Assembly (NCBI GenBank): GCA_951406725.2
Contig: OX597819.1
Span: forward strand, 97,340,001 to 97,404,000
Direction: 5' to 3'
DNA length: 64,000 bases
Source: Octopus vulgaris
Taxonomy: Eukaryota
Below, piece after piece: positions 1 to 12,930 of this stretch. The notes under the pieces are model-generated. The model was not told the origin of the DNA. It was given only the letters and a program-made list of their open reading frames with translations, and searched no databases. How positions within the stretch are numbered: position 1 is the stretch's first letter; every line of letters starts with the position of its first letter. A program made the position numbers and the translations under genes.

Positions 1-172
1 CCATTTTGAGGTCATGGTGGAAGCTGAGGATGGCTACTTTGAGTAAACTATTATCTTCCAGCCACAACCTAGTTGATACTTTTTGATTTTTAAAAAATAC
101 TTTTATTTTTGGATGGGATATTGTTTTCTTTTCCATTCATGCAAATTGTGAAATTTAGCTTGAATATCCTAT
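1..172 (+). mobile_element. 3' end of a Tc1/mariner-superfamily (maT/DD37D-like) transposon
   Basis: Reads HFEVMVEAEDGYFE*, similar to the C-terminus LQAMVQANGDFIE* of the fragment at 56.4 kb; followed by a decayed TIR-like end and TA. Confidence 0.5.
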
Positions 173-1655
173 ACAATAAAACAATGGACAAGTTCTGTCA
201 AGGAGTCTGACTACGTGTATCCTTTTCTGAGATTATCCAAAATTAACCTATATTTAAACTACATCTGTTATTTCACTCACACTATTTGTTCATTTAGCTA
301 TGATTACACTTCGGCCATAACTACATCAAGTGTTGCATGCAATAACTAAGTTACAGTAGTAACTATTGATGATCAACTAAAAAGGACTGCAGTATAATGT
401 TAGCTATATATATGAGTTTATAATATAATATAAAAACAGTCTATATTATGCAAATACTAGATTAATAAAGACAGAGTTATTTTATATTAAAACAAACGAA
501 CAGAATATTTCATTGAAACAATGATCACAAAAGGGCTAAAATTACACACACATACAGAGCAAAAATGAATGCTTCAATTCTGAATTAACTAAGTTTTAGA
601 GGTCTGCACTTCAAACTCCTGTAAGTACTGTGTTTGGTCACAAAAGTAAGGATTACAATTCGACAAAAAAAAAAAAAAGTTTTATAAATGCAGATATTAT
701 CAAAATACTATTTATTTCCAAAGCAGTTATGTAAAAGAATTTTATGGTACGTGTAAATTGTAAAACAATATTCTTTTATTCAAATCATTTACTGTTAAAT
801 TGAATGCAAAAAAATAAAGTTTGGTAAATTTAAATAATTGAATTTCAAGTATAAACCCTTTAGTAGGAAATTCTTTAGTGGGACATAATATTAGAAATCT
901 AAGTGAGAATTTGTAGACTAAAGAAAGATAAAGGCATCATAAAAAAAATGAAAGATCTAGTTAACTATCTGACAAGATCTACAAAATAGACAAGAAGCCA
1001 TAACAAGAGCATTTGTAGGAAAAAATTAGCATGTATAAATAAAATTGAATATAAAATATATCTAGAACAAGAAGAATCCTCAAACTTGAGGAATTGGATT
1101 TCTATAATAATGTACAGGAACATTAGCAACTGTTGGTATATAAAAATGTCCTCCACCTTCCCTCTCTTTCTTTCTCCAACACACACACACACACACATGC
1201 ATACAAACACACCTGGCTTTGTCAGACTGAATCTGCATAGAAGCTAATAAAAAAAAAATATTTGTTATTGGCTTACTTCCACCTGAAAACTAGGAGTAAC
1301 TTGAGAACAATAGTTCCACCAAATTTACTGGCATTATATATATACAAATATGGCAAATGTCTAAAGTCAAGGAATTTTTTACATTTGCCAATAGTGCCAA
1401 GCAGGTAATTGGAAAAAATATATGAACATTAACATAAATTCTTCCTGGTATAAAATTGCTAAAGGGTTAAAAATATAATGGATTCTTGTAAAAAAATATA
1501 ATTTGAAATGCCAATTTCCAAACTAAGTAAAACCCAGTAATATTCTTTTTAAAATGTTTTTAAAGTGAAAAGAACTGTTAAAATTGAAAGTAGATTATAA
1601 AAGGATTCTCTAGACCAATTCAATAAGACTACATTTGAACAACCAGAAAAGAGTT

Positions 1656-1825
1656 AAGTAGGTGTTTGACATGCTAGAAATAGTAGTCAAATCTCTCTTA
1701 AATTACACCCTATCATCTGGGGAAAAGGGTCAGTCCTAGATACCATTGAAAAAACAAAGTACTCTTGACTAGAATGCTCTTGGTCTTGGGTCTACTCAGT
1801 CACAATTAACCTAGGGTTAAACATC
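1656..1825 (+). repeat. Dispersed repeat family (…catgctagaaatagcagccaaatctc…gacctagggctaaacaac), unclassified SINE-like
   Basis: Related decayed copies at ~8460-8610, 14970-15040, 22790-22960, 28850-29010, 57020-57190 and, reversed, ~31360-31430 and 43820-43960. Confidence 0.55.
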
Positions 1826-2414
1826 TAAAGGGTGAAATATAAAAGAAATGGTCAAAACATTGATTGCCATGCCTCAACAGTGGAAAATTTACAGTGTTCA
1901 TAACCAGCAACAAGAAATAGGTGTTAATTGGACAACAGACAAATGCAAGTAGGAATGGTTAGCATTTTGAATTTCAAAACTATAATTAAAATCTATAATT
2001 TTGGACAAGAATTTAAGTTTTGTTCCAAGATATCTAGAAAAAAAAATAGTCAACCAAAGGCTCCAGCACACTTCTTTCTCTTACTACCCCTGCATGTGTG
2101 TATGTGAATTTAGTAGGTGGAAACTGCAGGAAGCCTATAGTGTATGTATGCATGAATGTTGAAATTTGATGCTTGTCACTGCCTGACAAAGATCATAATC
2201 ATGTTGATATCCCTTGATAACTGGTTGCTCAGTGCTTTCAAAGACCTATGAAATAAAAGAGCCCTTGCTTGAAAAGCAGATACAGGTTAGTGATAAGAAG
2301 ACATCCAGTTGTAAAATGCTGCCTCACATAACTCCCCACTTAACTCAGACTGGCATGGAAAATCAGTCATTAAACAAGCAAATGAATATATATGACATAC
2401 ATTCAACATTTCAT

Positions 2415-2617
2415 TTAATCCTTTAGTATCTAAGCCAGCCACATCCAGCTCAAGTATTCAACCTGTTTTATGTTAAAATTGACCAGGTTCAGCTTCTTAC
2501 ACCTACCCCTCATTGTCACTCAAAAAATAAGCTACAAGATAATGCATGATTAATTCAAAACAATGTGAATAAATAAGCATTACATTTCACTGAGTAATCT
2601 GAATGCTTAAGAATTAA
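2415..2617 (-). mobile_element. piggyBac-type MITE (TTAA-flanked, CCCTTTAGCATT ends), decayed
   Basis: Reverse complement of the copy at 45083-45310; partial copy at ~27036-27210. Confidence 0.6.
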
Positions 2618-3545
2618 ACCAAATATCTAAAAGCTATACACTCACTAGTCTCTACGCACAGCTACAATGAACTGTTATTGTATATTTATTTGCATCTAAT
2701 GAAGCGGTTATTGTACATTCATATAGCATGAAATTTCAATCATAGAACTTATTTGGTCTATTTCTTCACATTAATTGCTACAACTTAAACTAAGAATTAA
2801 ATAATGCTAAGCTGACGTTCTACTCAGAGCTTAGCTACAGATATTTCAATTGAAGAAAGAATCAGGACCTTTACAAAATATTACCAAGCATTGGCCAAAA
2901 ATCATTAATCTTTCAAGCAGCAGTTCTAAAAATCTTTCAAAATTTACCTAATGAGAGGGAGAGAGAGTAAGGATAAATGGTTTAAACAAAAAAAAAAAAA
3001 ACCCCATCCTGTTTAGTAAATCTGTTTTTGCTGTTGATTGTATTATACATGCAGTAGAGACCATACAAAGTTGCCATAATTCAAAGTAGATGATGTAACA
3101 ATGAAATGGATCAGGAAATGGTTAACATTGAAAATATTCTAATTATCCATGCAGTCCAACAATTCTGGCACAGGAAAACTGATTCTAAACTGGAAATGAT
3201 ATTCCAAAGATAGTATGGAATCATAAATAATTGGTTTGAAATGTTTTCTGGAAGGATGAGAAAAAATAATACCAAAACATCTTGCTTTCTTTTCTTTAAT
3301 GAAAAATTCAATTAAATGTCACTAGAAACAACATGCTTTTTTCAATATTTATCTTAAAATAATAGAAAATAAAAAAAATTTATAATTTAGCAACATTAAT
3401 AAATTTTAATAAAATCACAACAATATATAAATGATAACAAGTGGCATAAAAATAAAGGAAAGAAATATTTTAGAGCAAAATGGAAGAAATGCATGAGTTT
3501 ATATGGAAGCAAATGAAAAAAAAGGAGAAACACTAATATGAAATT

Positions 3546-3975
3546 TTATTGTATCTTGGAAGGGTCATTAAGCTAATAATAAGCACATGCAATGGTTCCA
3601 CTTCACTTCTGTTATTATTATTATTTGTCAACGTGTCAGCCATTTAATTGATTGCTTGATTAATCATTAAGTTAATCAATCAATCAACTTGGTTCATCAG
3701 AATCCTTTTATTATTTGTGGCCTCATCAACAACATGTCCTCTCTACTCTACCTGGAGCAGACCGGAAGTAGAGTGCGGCTTCTCACTGATGAAACCACAA
3801 ATGGCAACGAAAGAACTCTGATGAACCTAGCTGATTGATTGATTAACAGAACAATTAATCAAACCACCGATTAGTTAATTGGTAACATGGTTGACTAGCT
3901 TATTAATAATAATGAAGTGTAACAAAACCTGTGCGTGTTTACTATTTGCTTAATGACCCTCACAAGATACAATAA
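3546..3975. repeat. 430-bp imperfect inverted repeat (fold-back)
   Basis: Arms pair from the termini (ttattgtatcttggaagggtcattaagc / gcttaatgaccctcacaagatacaataa) inward to an apex near 3757. Confidence 0.9.
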
Positions 3976-4454
3976 TTCATGTAAAGAATTTTACAAACCT
4001 AAAAGACCTAATGTGAAATATATTCCAAATGGAACCACTATTAGAAGAAAAGACAACACATTGTAAGCAATTTTTCACTACAGATTAAAGAACTATCAAT
4101 GTCTCAAGATGATCAAATAGGTTTAAGCTATTATTATCAACACACTTTGCATTTACATTTGTTTTTTGCTTTGTTTTCTGTATTATACTTTTCAATATCT
4201 TATGTCATAATCACCAGTGTTATACATTCTTCATCCAGCATGAGTTGAACAGGGTTGAGAGTTTTCTATCTTCTCAAAGTACCGTGTCCTTCAAGAGTTT
4301 GTATATGAGTAGGAATGTCATGTTCAAAAAAATCTGCCACAATAAGGAAAGCCACTAAAAAGCTTGCAGCAGAGAAGCAGGGTTTCTAAACCTACAATAG
4401 GTGTCATTAATAATATCAAGTTTATAATATACAAATAAACGTGTTGGCATGTGT

Positions 4455-4692
4455 AAAAAGTTCAAGCGAGGTCGTTGCCAGTACCACCTGACTGGCACCC
4501 CCGTGACGGTGGCACGTAAAAGCACCTACTACACTCTCGGAGTGGTTGGCATTAGGAAGGGCATCCAGCTGTAGAAACTCTGCTAGATCACGACTGGAGC
4601 CTGGTGCAGCCATCTGGTTCGCCAGCCCACAGTCAAACCGTCCAACCCATGCTAGCATGGAAAACAGATGTTAAACGACGATGATGATGATC
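4455..4692 (+). mobile_element. 5'-truncated RTE-type LINE 3' UTR with (GAT)n tail
   Basis: Same 3' UTR as the ORF-bearing copy at 29414-30336. Confidence 0.8.
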
Positions 4693-5150
4693 ATCATCAA
4701 CTCTAATAACATATGTGAACTTTTAAAAATGGAAAAAAAAAAATACAATCAAAACTAACAGGAAAGAAAACTATTTAGAATCTAGTTTATCAATACAAAA
4801 TATTTGTTACAATCATTTTATTTACTTCAATATTAATATTGATTAAAAGTACCATTATTACCAAAACCTTAACACAGTTCTGAAAAATACAGTTACTGAT
4901 CAGTCTATTTTATATAAAAGGTGTCTTAGGTTAGTGGTTTCAGTTTCATAGACTTAATTAAGTCTCTGCCTATTTCTATAAGTAGGCCACTACAATGTTG
5001 TTGTCTATGAAATCATTTTAAAAAAAGATCAATATATTCCTACTATTATTTATATTTATATATATATATATATATACATACATACACACACATATACACG
5101 TTATTTTTATATATATATATATATACACACACACACGTTTTATATATATA

Positions 5151-5520
5151 TGTGGCTGTGTGGTAAGTAGCTTGCTTACTAACCACATGGTTCCAGGTTC
5201 AGTCCCACTGTGTGGCACCTTGGGCAAGTGTCTGCTACTATAGCTTCGGGCCGACCAAAGCCTTGTGAGTGGATATGGTAGACGGAAACTGAAAGAAGCC
5301 TGTTGTATATGTGTGTGTGTGTGTGTATTTGCCCCCACAACATCGCTTGACAATCGATGCTGGTGTGTTTACATCCCCATAACTTAGTGGTTCAGCAAAA
5401 AAAGACCGATAGAATAAGTACTAGGCTTACAAAGACTAAGTCCTGGGGTCGATTTGCTTGACTAAAGGCGGTGCTCCAGCATGGCCGCAGTCTAATGACT
5501 GAAACAAGTAAAAGAGTAAG
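5151..5520 (+). mobile_element. SINE family A (tRNA-like head, central TA/TG microsatellite, …ctccagcatggccgcag…gaaacaagtaaaagag tail)
   Basis: A-box-like GTGGCTGTGTGG and B-box-like GGTTCAGTCCC; many copies in the window. Confidence 0.85.
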
Positions 5521-6139
5521 AGAGAGAGTATATACCCACACACACACACACCTATATATACATACAACAATAAGTAAAACAAGTAAAAGAGTAAGAGAGA
5601 GTATATATCCACACACACACACACCTATATATACATATACATACAACAATAAGTCATTATTAAAACCTACTAAATAATGACACAAGAATAAAGTTAGTCT
5701 CAAACCAATGTAGCAAGTAATTCTATCTATATTAGCAGAACTAATAATCTGATATGTATATTATTGGTTGACAGCGTCATATACCAGTAAACACTTTTGT
5801 TCCTGTTGATAAACAAAAATTGTCACATAATGAGTGTTGACTAAGCAGATGAACAACTGATTAAATTAACCTAAATAATAACGCCGTCTGATATATCAGG
5901 AAGTTTGAAATATAAATGTTATAAATGAATTATTTTACAATTAAAATAATGCTTGAAAACATCTTTTTAATTCCTAATTCATCATTATCATTTTTCAATA
6001 TAAGCATGATTTGGACAGGTTTTCTATGTATTATCTCTACATGTATTTTTCTGTATTGTTCTGTTTATGAATTCTAGTGTTTTCATGTCTGACCAAGCTA
6101 TCTCTTTCCATATCTTTCTAGGTTCTCATCAAGTTCTTT

Positions 6140-7238
6140 TATACTTTTACTTGTTTCAGTTATTTGACTGCGGCCATGCTGGAGTACCGACTTCAGTCGT
6201 ACAAATCCACCCCAGGACTTATTCATTGTAAGCCTAGTACTTATTTTATCAGTCTCTTTTGCTGAATCACTAAGTTACGGGGACATGTAAACACATCACC
6301 ATCGGTGTCAAGCGATGGTGGGGAAACAAACACAGACACACAAATACATACATACATTATTATTATTATTATTATGGCTGCCCCCTCGTTATCGAGTATG
6401 GCCATTGCACGAAGCTTAACTGTTACTGGTACTGTGATCGAATGTGACTTTTTAGCCCAGCTAAAGATCTACAATGTCTTGTACAAAATTGGCAACTAAA
6501 ACCTTTACTGGTAATAGCCAGCTGTAGTTGTAACTGGGCTTCATGTACCTTTTCATGTTGTTTAAGTCCTCCTGCCGAATTACACTCTCTTCCACATGCC
6601 CGACAGATATGATTAGTATGGTGTGTTACACCACCACCAGTGGCCAAGATGTCACTCATCTGTCTCGTTTTATGACTACAAAGATGACTCATGAGTCCAG
6701 CTTTACTGAGGCAGGGTCTTGCACAGACATTGCATGTCAGAATCAAAGAAGACCCTTCCCTTCTGGAAGTGTAACAGCGATGCCCTTCCTGACATCCCTC
6801 CTTACTTTCTCATGTGCAACTCAAGATTTCTCAAACGTGGCTGTCCCCTCATGCACAATCCTTCTCCACCTGCTACGATTAATAGCTATGCCTTCCCATG
6901 TGTCAGGAGAGATGCAAGCATCTCTTAAGGAAACCTTCAGCAAGTCCTTATACCTCTTTTTTGGTTTATGTGGAGGTCGTTCTCCTTTAACTAACTCTCC
7001 ATACAAGAGTTGTTTTGGCATCCTTGAATTCTTCATTCTGACCAACTGACCATCCATCCATCCATACATACATATATGACAGGCTTCTTTCAGTTTCCAT
7101 CTACCAGATCCTCTCATAGGGCTTTGGTTGACCCAAGGCTATAATAGAAGATGCTTGCCCAAGGAACCACGCAATGAGACTGAACCAGGAACCATGTAGT
7201 TGGGAAGCAAACTTCTTACCACACAGCCACTCCTGTGC
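6140..7238 (-). mobile_element. SINE family A copy interrupted by an RTE LINE insertion
   Basis: SINE halves at ~6140-6355 and ~7051-7238 flank the LINE fragment. Confidence 0.8.
6356..7050 (-). mobile_element. 3' end of an RTE-clade LINE (ORF2 C-terminus with three C2H2-type zinc fingers, (TAA)n tail), disrupted
   Basis: GQLVRMKNSRMPKQLLYGELVKGERPPHKPKKRYKD…WEGIAINRSRWR is the typical RTE post-RT region. It is followed by CNVC…SHLCSH, CRAC…QHEKVH and CQFC…SHIRSQ, a short 3' UTR and TAA repeats. Confidence 0.85.
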
Positions 7239-9220
7239 TATACTTTCCACATTTATTAGCATCTATAATCCCTTTACCACATAAACCCATGTCATTCTAG
7301 CTATTTTTCCGCCATGTGTTAGTCAATGCTGACCAGTTTCTTTCTAAGCTTACACTTAACTTTTCATCTAAGTTTATATTGCACCTCCAATAGACAATAC
7401 TCCATTCTTCTCCAACTATTTCTTATCCAAAATTTTCCTACACTTTGCATGCTTAGCTTTTATCCTCAGTATTTTATGCTCAGTGTTTTCCACATAAAAA
7501 AAATCTGCTATTTCCAACAATAAAAGTAGTTCATTGAATTATTCTGCCCTTTATCCCCCATTACTGGTAGTAGTTTCATTGTTATCCTGTACATTAAAAG
7601 TTATGCTTTCCAGCCAGCCAGCCAGCCATTTAAATATCAAACAAGCACCTTATTGTATTCCTATTATTTGATCTTACTATCCAATTCTAAGTCACCATTT
7701 ACTCCTTGGTTTTACAGGTCTCTTGTGATACTTGCTACAAATTAGTCTTGGACATATTCACATTCAGGGTTTTTTTTTTCCATTTCTTTTCATTCAAACC
7801 TAATCTATCACAGCTTAAATTTTCTCTGCACTTTTTTAACACTTTGCAATGAGATTTATTGTACAGAGACGTTCTTGTGGCTATCCAGCTCTAAAGTTGT
7901 GCATATTTACCTCAAGATCTAAGACGAAGAGTAGAAACTTAAAGGTAGAACATAAGTGAACATGTACTTGTATACTAAATTCCTCATTCAGTTCAAAACC
8001 AATGGCATAAACTACTCAATCACATATAAATATTTTTTATTAGCCCAGCAGACTACATAGATTATTCTCTCAGGTACTCTATAGACTGTCAAATGCGATG
8101 TTAAACAATCTATTACTTGTACATCTATGAATCCATTCACTAACACAAACACATTTATCCTGCATCAACTAAACTATTATGATTTTTATCACTTTTATAG
8201 CATTAACTTGAATTTTCCCTTATTTATTTTCTCTAACATGTTAATTTTATTTAGGCAATGCTGAGCCATAGTTCTTCCAGATAATACAGATTGGTGAATT
8301 GAATATTTTTATGTAATCAGATATAGTGTTGACATCAAATTGATGTCATTAATACCTAATCTCACATAGGACATGTGCTGAATATACGCTTATTTTCATG
8401 TAACAATGCAGGGGACAACTTAATTCATACTTGATAAATCATGAAATAATTATACATAACCTCAAAATTTGACATGCTTGAAATAGCTGACAAATTTTCT
8501 TCAAATGTCTTAAATAAGGTCCTGATATGGAGAAAAATGAGAAGAATGCGATGGGAACTTCTTTGATCATAGGTCTGCTCAGCCAGAACTGACCTAGGGC
8601 TAAACAACATGTAACACAGTATTTTGCAATATAATCTATATAATTATTTTAGCTTCAGTTAATTTGGGAACATAGTGTATACTATTCTTATTTTTCCACA
8701 AATTTTTATAATAAAGATGTGTAACACAAAGGAATAGATTAGTTATCCTAATTATACAACTTATATTCATTGTGGGTTGGGGTGACAATTATTCTGGTGA
8801 CTGTGCAATAAGTGATTCTTAAAAATTAATTCTCAACTTCAATGTCGTCTTAGAGATAATTTTACTCTCTTTGCAATCAACTGTCAGCCATTTTGCTATA
8901 TGATCAAATAATCATTTCCAGATATCCTTATTAAATGCAGTAAAAATTTCTTTGCTAAAGGAACGACATGCATCACACATGTCCAAGGCATCCCATCTGC
9001 AGATGACCTCTTGGTCTTCAACCACATAATACAACAATCATGATTAGTCAATTGTATTATCAGGGTCATCATACTCCTGTTACAATGCCGCTGATTGGTT
9101 AAACATGACTTCTACTAAAATGCAAAAAGCAAGAAACAGAATTTTTTTTTTTTCTTTAAATAGTTGATGTGCAACTTTCAACACTGGGGACAATCAGTTT
9201 TACGAGATATATATATATCT

Positions 9221-9571
9221 CCGATGCCAGCGCCGCCTCGACTGGCTTCCGTGTTGGTGGCACATAAAAAGCACCATCCGAATCGTGGCCGAAGCCAGTG
9301 CCGCCTCAACTGGCTTCTGTGCAGGTGGCACGTAAATTGCACCAATGCGACCGTGGCCGATGCCAGCCTCGCCTGGCTCCAGTGCAGGTGGCACGTAAAA
9401 AGCACCCACTACACTCGCGGAGTGGTTGGCGTTAGGAAGGGTATCCAGCTGTAGAAACATTGCCAGATAAGACCGGAGCCTGGTGCAGCCTTCTGGCTTC
9501 CCAGATCCCCGGTCGAACCGTCCAACCCATGCTAGCATGGAGAACGGACGTTAAACGATGATGATGATGAT
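9221..9571 (+). mobile_element. RTE-type LINE 3' UTR with about 3 tandem stem-loop units and (GAT)n tail
   Basis: Homologous to 29880-30336. Confidence 0.85.
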
Positions 9572-10559
9572 ATATATCATCAGTTTTCAGGTATAAATTA
9601 AATTGTCCCCAGCATTGTTACATCATGAACAAGGACTTTAAATTGGATGTATAGTGACCTATAGAAGCATATATGACATTTGGTTGATGAAATTATTGTA
9701 TAAATAATAATGATATACTTTGCTGAATATATGAGAAGCTGAGCTATTTCATAGCATAGTTTCAGGAGTTTTGTTTGAAATTATAAAATCATGAAACAAA
9801 TAAGTCTATGTTGTTCCACAGTTAAGCAAAAAATGCCATCATTACAGGATTAAAACAATGCAGTTAGTTTTCCCTCATAACAGTGTATTGAATGAAGAAA
9901 GTGAAATATAATGACACTTGATATTGAATTTACTCTTTAGAGAAATGAGTCAATTCAGTATCACACTCTCAGTATCACATTCAGTTACACACTCTCTCTT
10001 TCTCTCAGCAAGATTTTAAAAAAAATGTAGGGTAAGCCACTTAAATCTCAGCATGCCAGTAACAGTTCTAATTACAAGGTACACAGCACTGCTGAATTTG
10101 ACCACACCCAAATGTCCCTGTTGCTTTATCAATCAATAAAATACAAGATGCTGAGTCAGACCCCAAAACTAGGTCACTACTCTATAGTTAATTATCTTTA
10201 TAAGACTTGTCTCAAATGACAAATACTCTACTTTTTCAGTCTCAGACACATACTTTTATATCATATATTCATTGAAGTCATTACATGTCTCCAAGCTTCC
10301 ATAAAAGCATCAATTACATTATTGTTGGTGCCATCAAAGACAGATTATAATGATGATAGCAAGAGATGACCTCTGAAAAAAAAACTATGATTAGAATCAC
10401 ATGTATAAAATTTTATTATGGTTATTACAGCAAAAAAATGGTATATTTATTTATTTTTAAAGAGAGACAAGATGGAGCATTTGTGTTTCAATATGATGTT
10501 TAATTTGTTTGATTAGAAATGACAAGGGGTTAAACATAGACTGTGTGTTAGAATAATTA

Positions 10560-12375
10560 AGTTTAAACTAACGTGGACAATATGAAAATGGCATATCTGC
10601 ATATCCACAACAATCGTGGCTGGTAGATAAAAGGATCACTTCAATGAGGACCTCCTACAGACTCGTTGATAACAAATGATAGTTACCTCAATAACATGGC
10701 TGGTAACTTTAATGGACATATTGGGTAACATCATGATGCCTTCGTCAGCATACATGGAGGCTAAGGATATGGTTCAAGGAATGAAGACTTCAACAATGCC
10801 CTTACCATTTGCAACACTAACTTCAAGAATCCAACTAGCTATTTGATCACCAACCAATCAGGTAGGCAAGTAAGGCAAAACAGACTTGCCAGCCAACATA
10901 GACTAGTTATCAGTAACCTTAGGATAAGAGCTAGACAGACTCAGGCATAAGACAGTCTAGAGAAAGAAGATATGGAAGTCAAAAGAACTCTCAGCCAGAC
11001 ATAGATTCAGAGAAGTATTAGCTAAGATATATCATGAGAGGAAGGAAGTGATTGAGATTTATAGCAGGACAACTTTGAATTTCTCTAAGACAAACTACTC
11101 TGAGCCATAAGCCAATATAGTTGCTAAAGTAAGAAGAGAGAGAAAAAACCTATAACCTAGACTATCAATTTGATGGACTAGGTTATGAAAGTTACTGAAA
11201 GAACTATAGCACAACTGATTAGGAAGAAATTTGGTCTAAATGTGAAATTTGGTTTTGTACCAGGATGGAATACCCCTAACACCTTCTTTCCAGAAATTCA
11301 ACTGCAGCAATACAAGAAATAAGCCACTATTTATTCATCAACCAAAGAAAGCCTTTTATAGCATTCCATGCTTTATAATCTAAAATAACACGTGGATAAA
11401 TAGCTTGTGAAAGTGATGCAAGCAAAGGGTAGAGGTACTATCAAGATGACAGCAACAAGTTCAGCAGAGAATTTTTCTGGCAGGTGGGTCTCAATCAGGC
11501 CTTAGTTCTCAGACTCATTCTGATCTAGTCTGCCAGACCATAAAAAGAGGAGTTTAAAAAGACTATAAAAAGAGGAGTTTAAGACTGGCTGCCCATGGAA
11601 ATATCTGTATGCTGATCAAGTAGTTCTTATAGCTGAACTTGTCAAAGATTTAGAGAAGTAATACCAAATCTGAAAGCAAAATCGAGAATGAGAGGCCACA
11701 AAGTAAATCTAGCAAGGTTTTAGTGAGCAGAAAAAAAAAACAGAATCTACTGCCAGTGAGAGAGTGGCCACACCCAATATGCAGGAAAGGAATAGGTAGT
11801 GTAAACTATGAACACTAAAAGGTGGTGTAGGATAACAAATGGGCTAATAGAAAATGAGTTTTTAGGTGGTAAATACACAAGAGAAAACTCCATAAAAGTA
11901 GTTAGATTTTATTACATAGGTGTCCTAATTAGCAGTGGAGGTGAGTGTTCCCAAAATATAGTTGCTAAAGTAGAGAGAGAAAATAGTCCAGAAATAATTA
12001 CCTTTAAAGACAACAAAGGGTTTCTCTCTCACAGTGAAGGGTAGATTGTATGATGTGTGTGTATGAAATACAATGTTGCATGTTAGCAAAATATAAGCCT
12101 TGAATGCAAAAGATATATGAAAGCTAGAAAAAAAAATGAAGTGAGCATGCTCAGAAGAGTGTGTAATATTAGCAGGCATGAATTGTGAAGCACACACGAG
12201 TTGAAAGAAAAGTTGAATACATGAGTATTCCAAGCAAGAAGACTGTGATGATATGGGTGTGCAGTGTGTGTAGTGGATGACAGTTGTGTAAATAGGTGCC
12301 ACATACTCCAAGTGAATAGAACTTAGGAGAAAGCTTGAGGAAGACAGGGGCAGAAATGGTGAATACTGTAATTGA
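10560..12375 (+). mobile_element. Heavily decayed, internally deleted RTE-type LINE (APE endonuclease plus RT remnants)
   Basis: Remnants GNFNGHIG…HGG*GYGSRNE (~10700-10790), KFGFVPG (~11245), YLYADQVVLIAE (~11602) and GRLYDVCV (~12040). Confidence 0.75.
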
Positions 12376-12697
12376 ACAAGGGGCAATTAAGACTGTACTG
12401 CATCAATATCACCAACTTCCACTTCAGTACAACCTTCTATTGCCATCTTTATTACTCTATCACATCCACTACTAACACTATTATCATCACCTCTTCTTCA
12501 ACACTACACAGCACCAAAAATTTCTTCACTACTACTATCATACCAACACTAACTTTACCTTTGGTGCTATTACATACATCACCACAGTTCCTACTATAAC
12601 CCACTGCCTCTCAGCCACAACCCCACAGCTTATAGTATGGCCATCCCCAGCCTTATGCATAATTGTTTTTCTATCTAGTTTCAAGATATAACTATAC

Positions 12698-12930
12698 AGT
12701 GGCCTAGTAGCTAGGGTGTTGCACTCACAATTATGATCCCATGAGCTTGATTCCTGGACGGAGTAGTGTGTTGTCCTTGGGTAAAACACTTCATTTCTCT
12801 CATTGTCCTGCAATGACTTTCACATTTGATGAGTAGTACAATGTGCACCTGTGCAAGCAATGACGGAGGGAGAGAGCTAATGTGCAGCACAAACATTTGA
12901 TCACTATAAACAGATCACTTGTGCAAACTG
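12698..12930 (+). mobile_element. tRNA-derived SINE (family B-like), decayed
   Basis: tggcctagtagctaggg…gagcttgattcctgg…tgtccttgggtaaaacactt, similar to 38441 and 47985. Confidence 0.65.

Noticed and set aside
6543-7049. 168-aa plus-strand ORF
   Set aside because: Antisense shadow of the RTE coding fragment.
8895-9140. Minus-strand NAGNAG acceptor (~9114) followed by a ~70-codon open frame
   Set aside because: No similarity to the PKA-RI linker (RRGA/G site) or cAMP-binding domains, and no clear donor.
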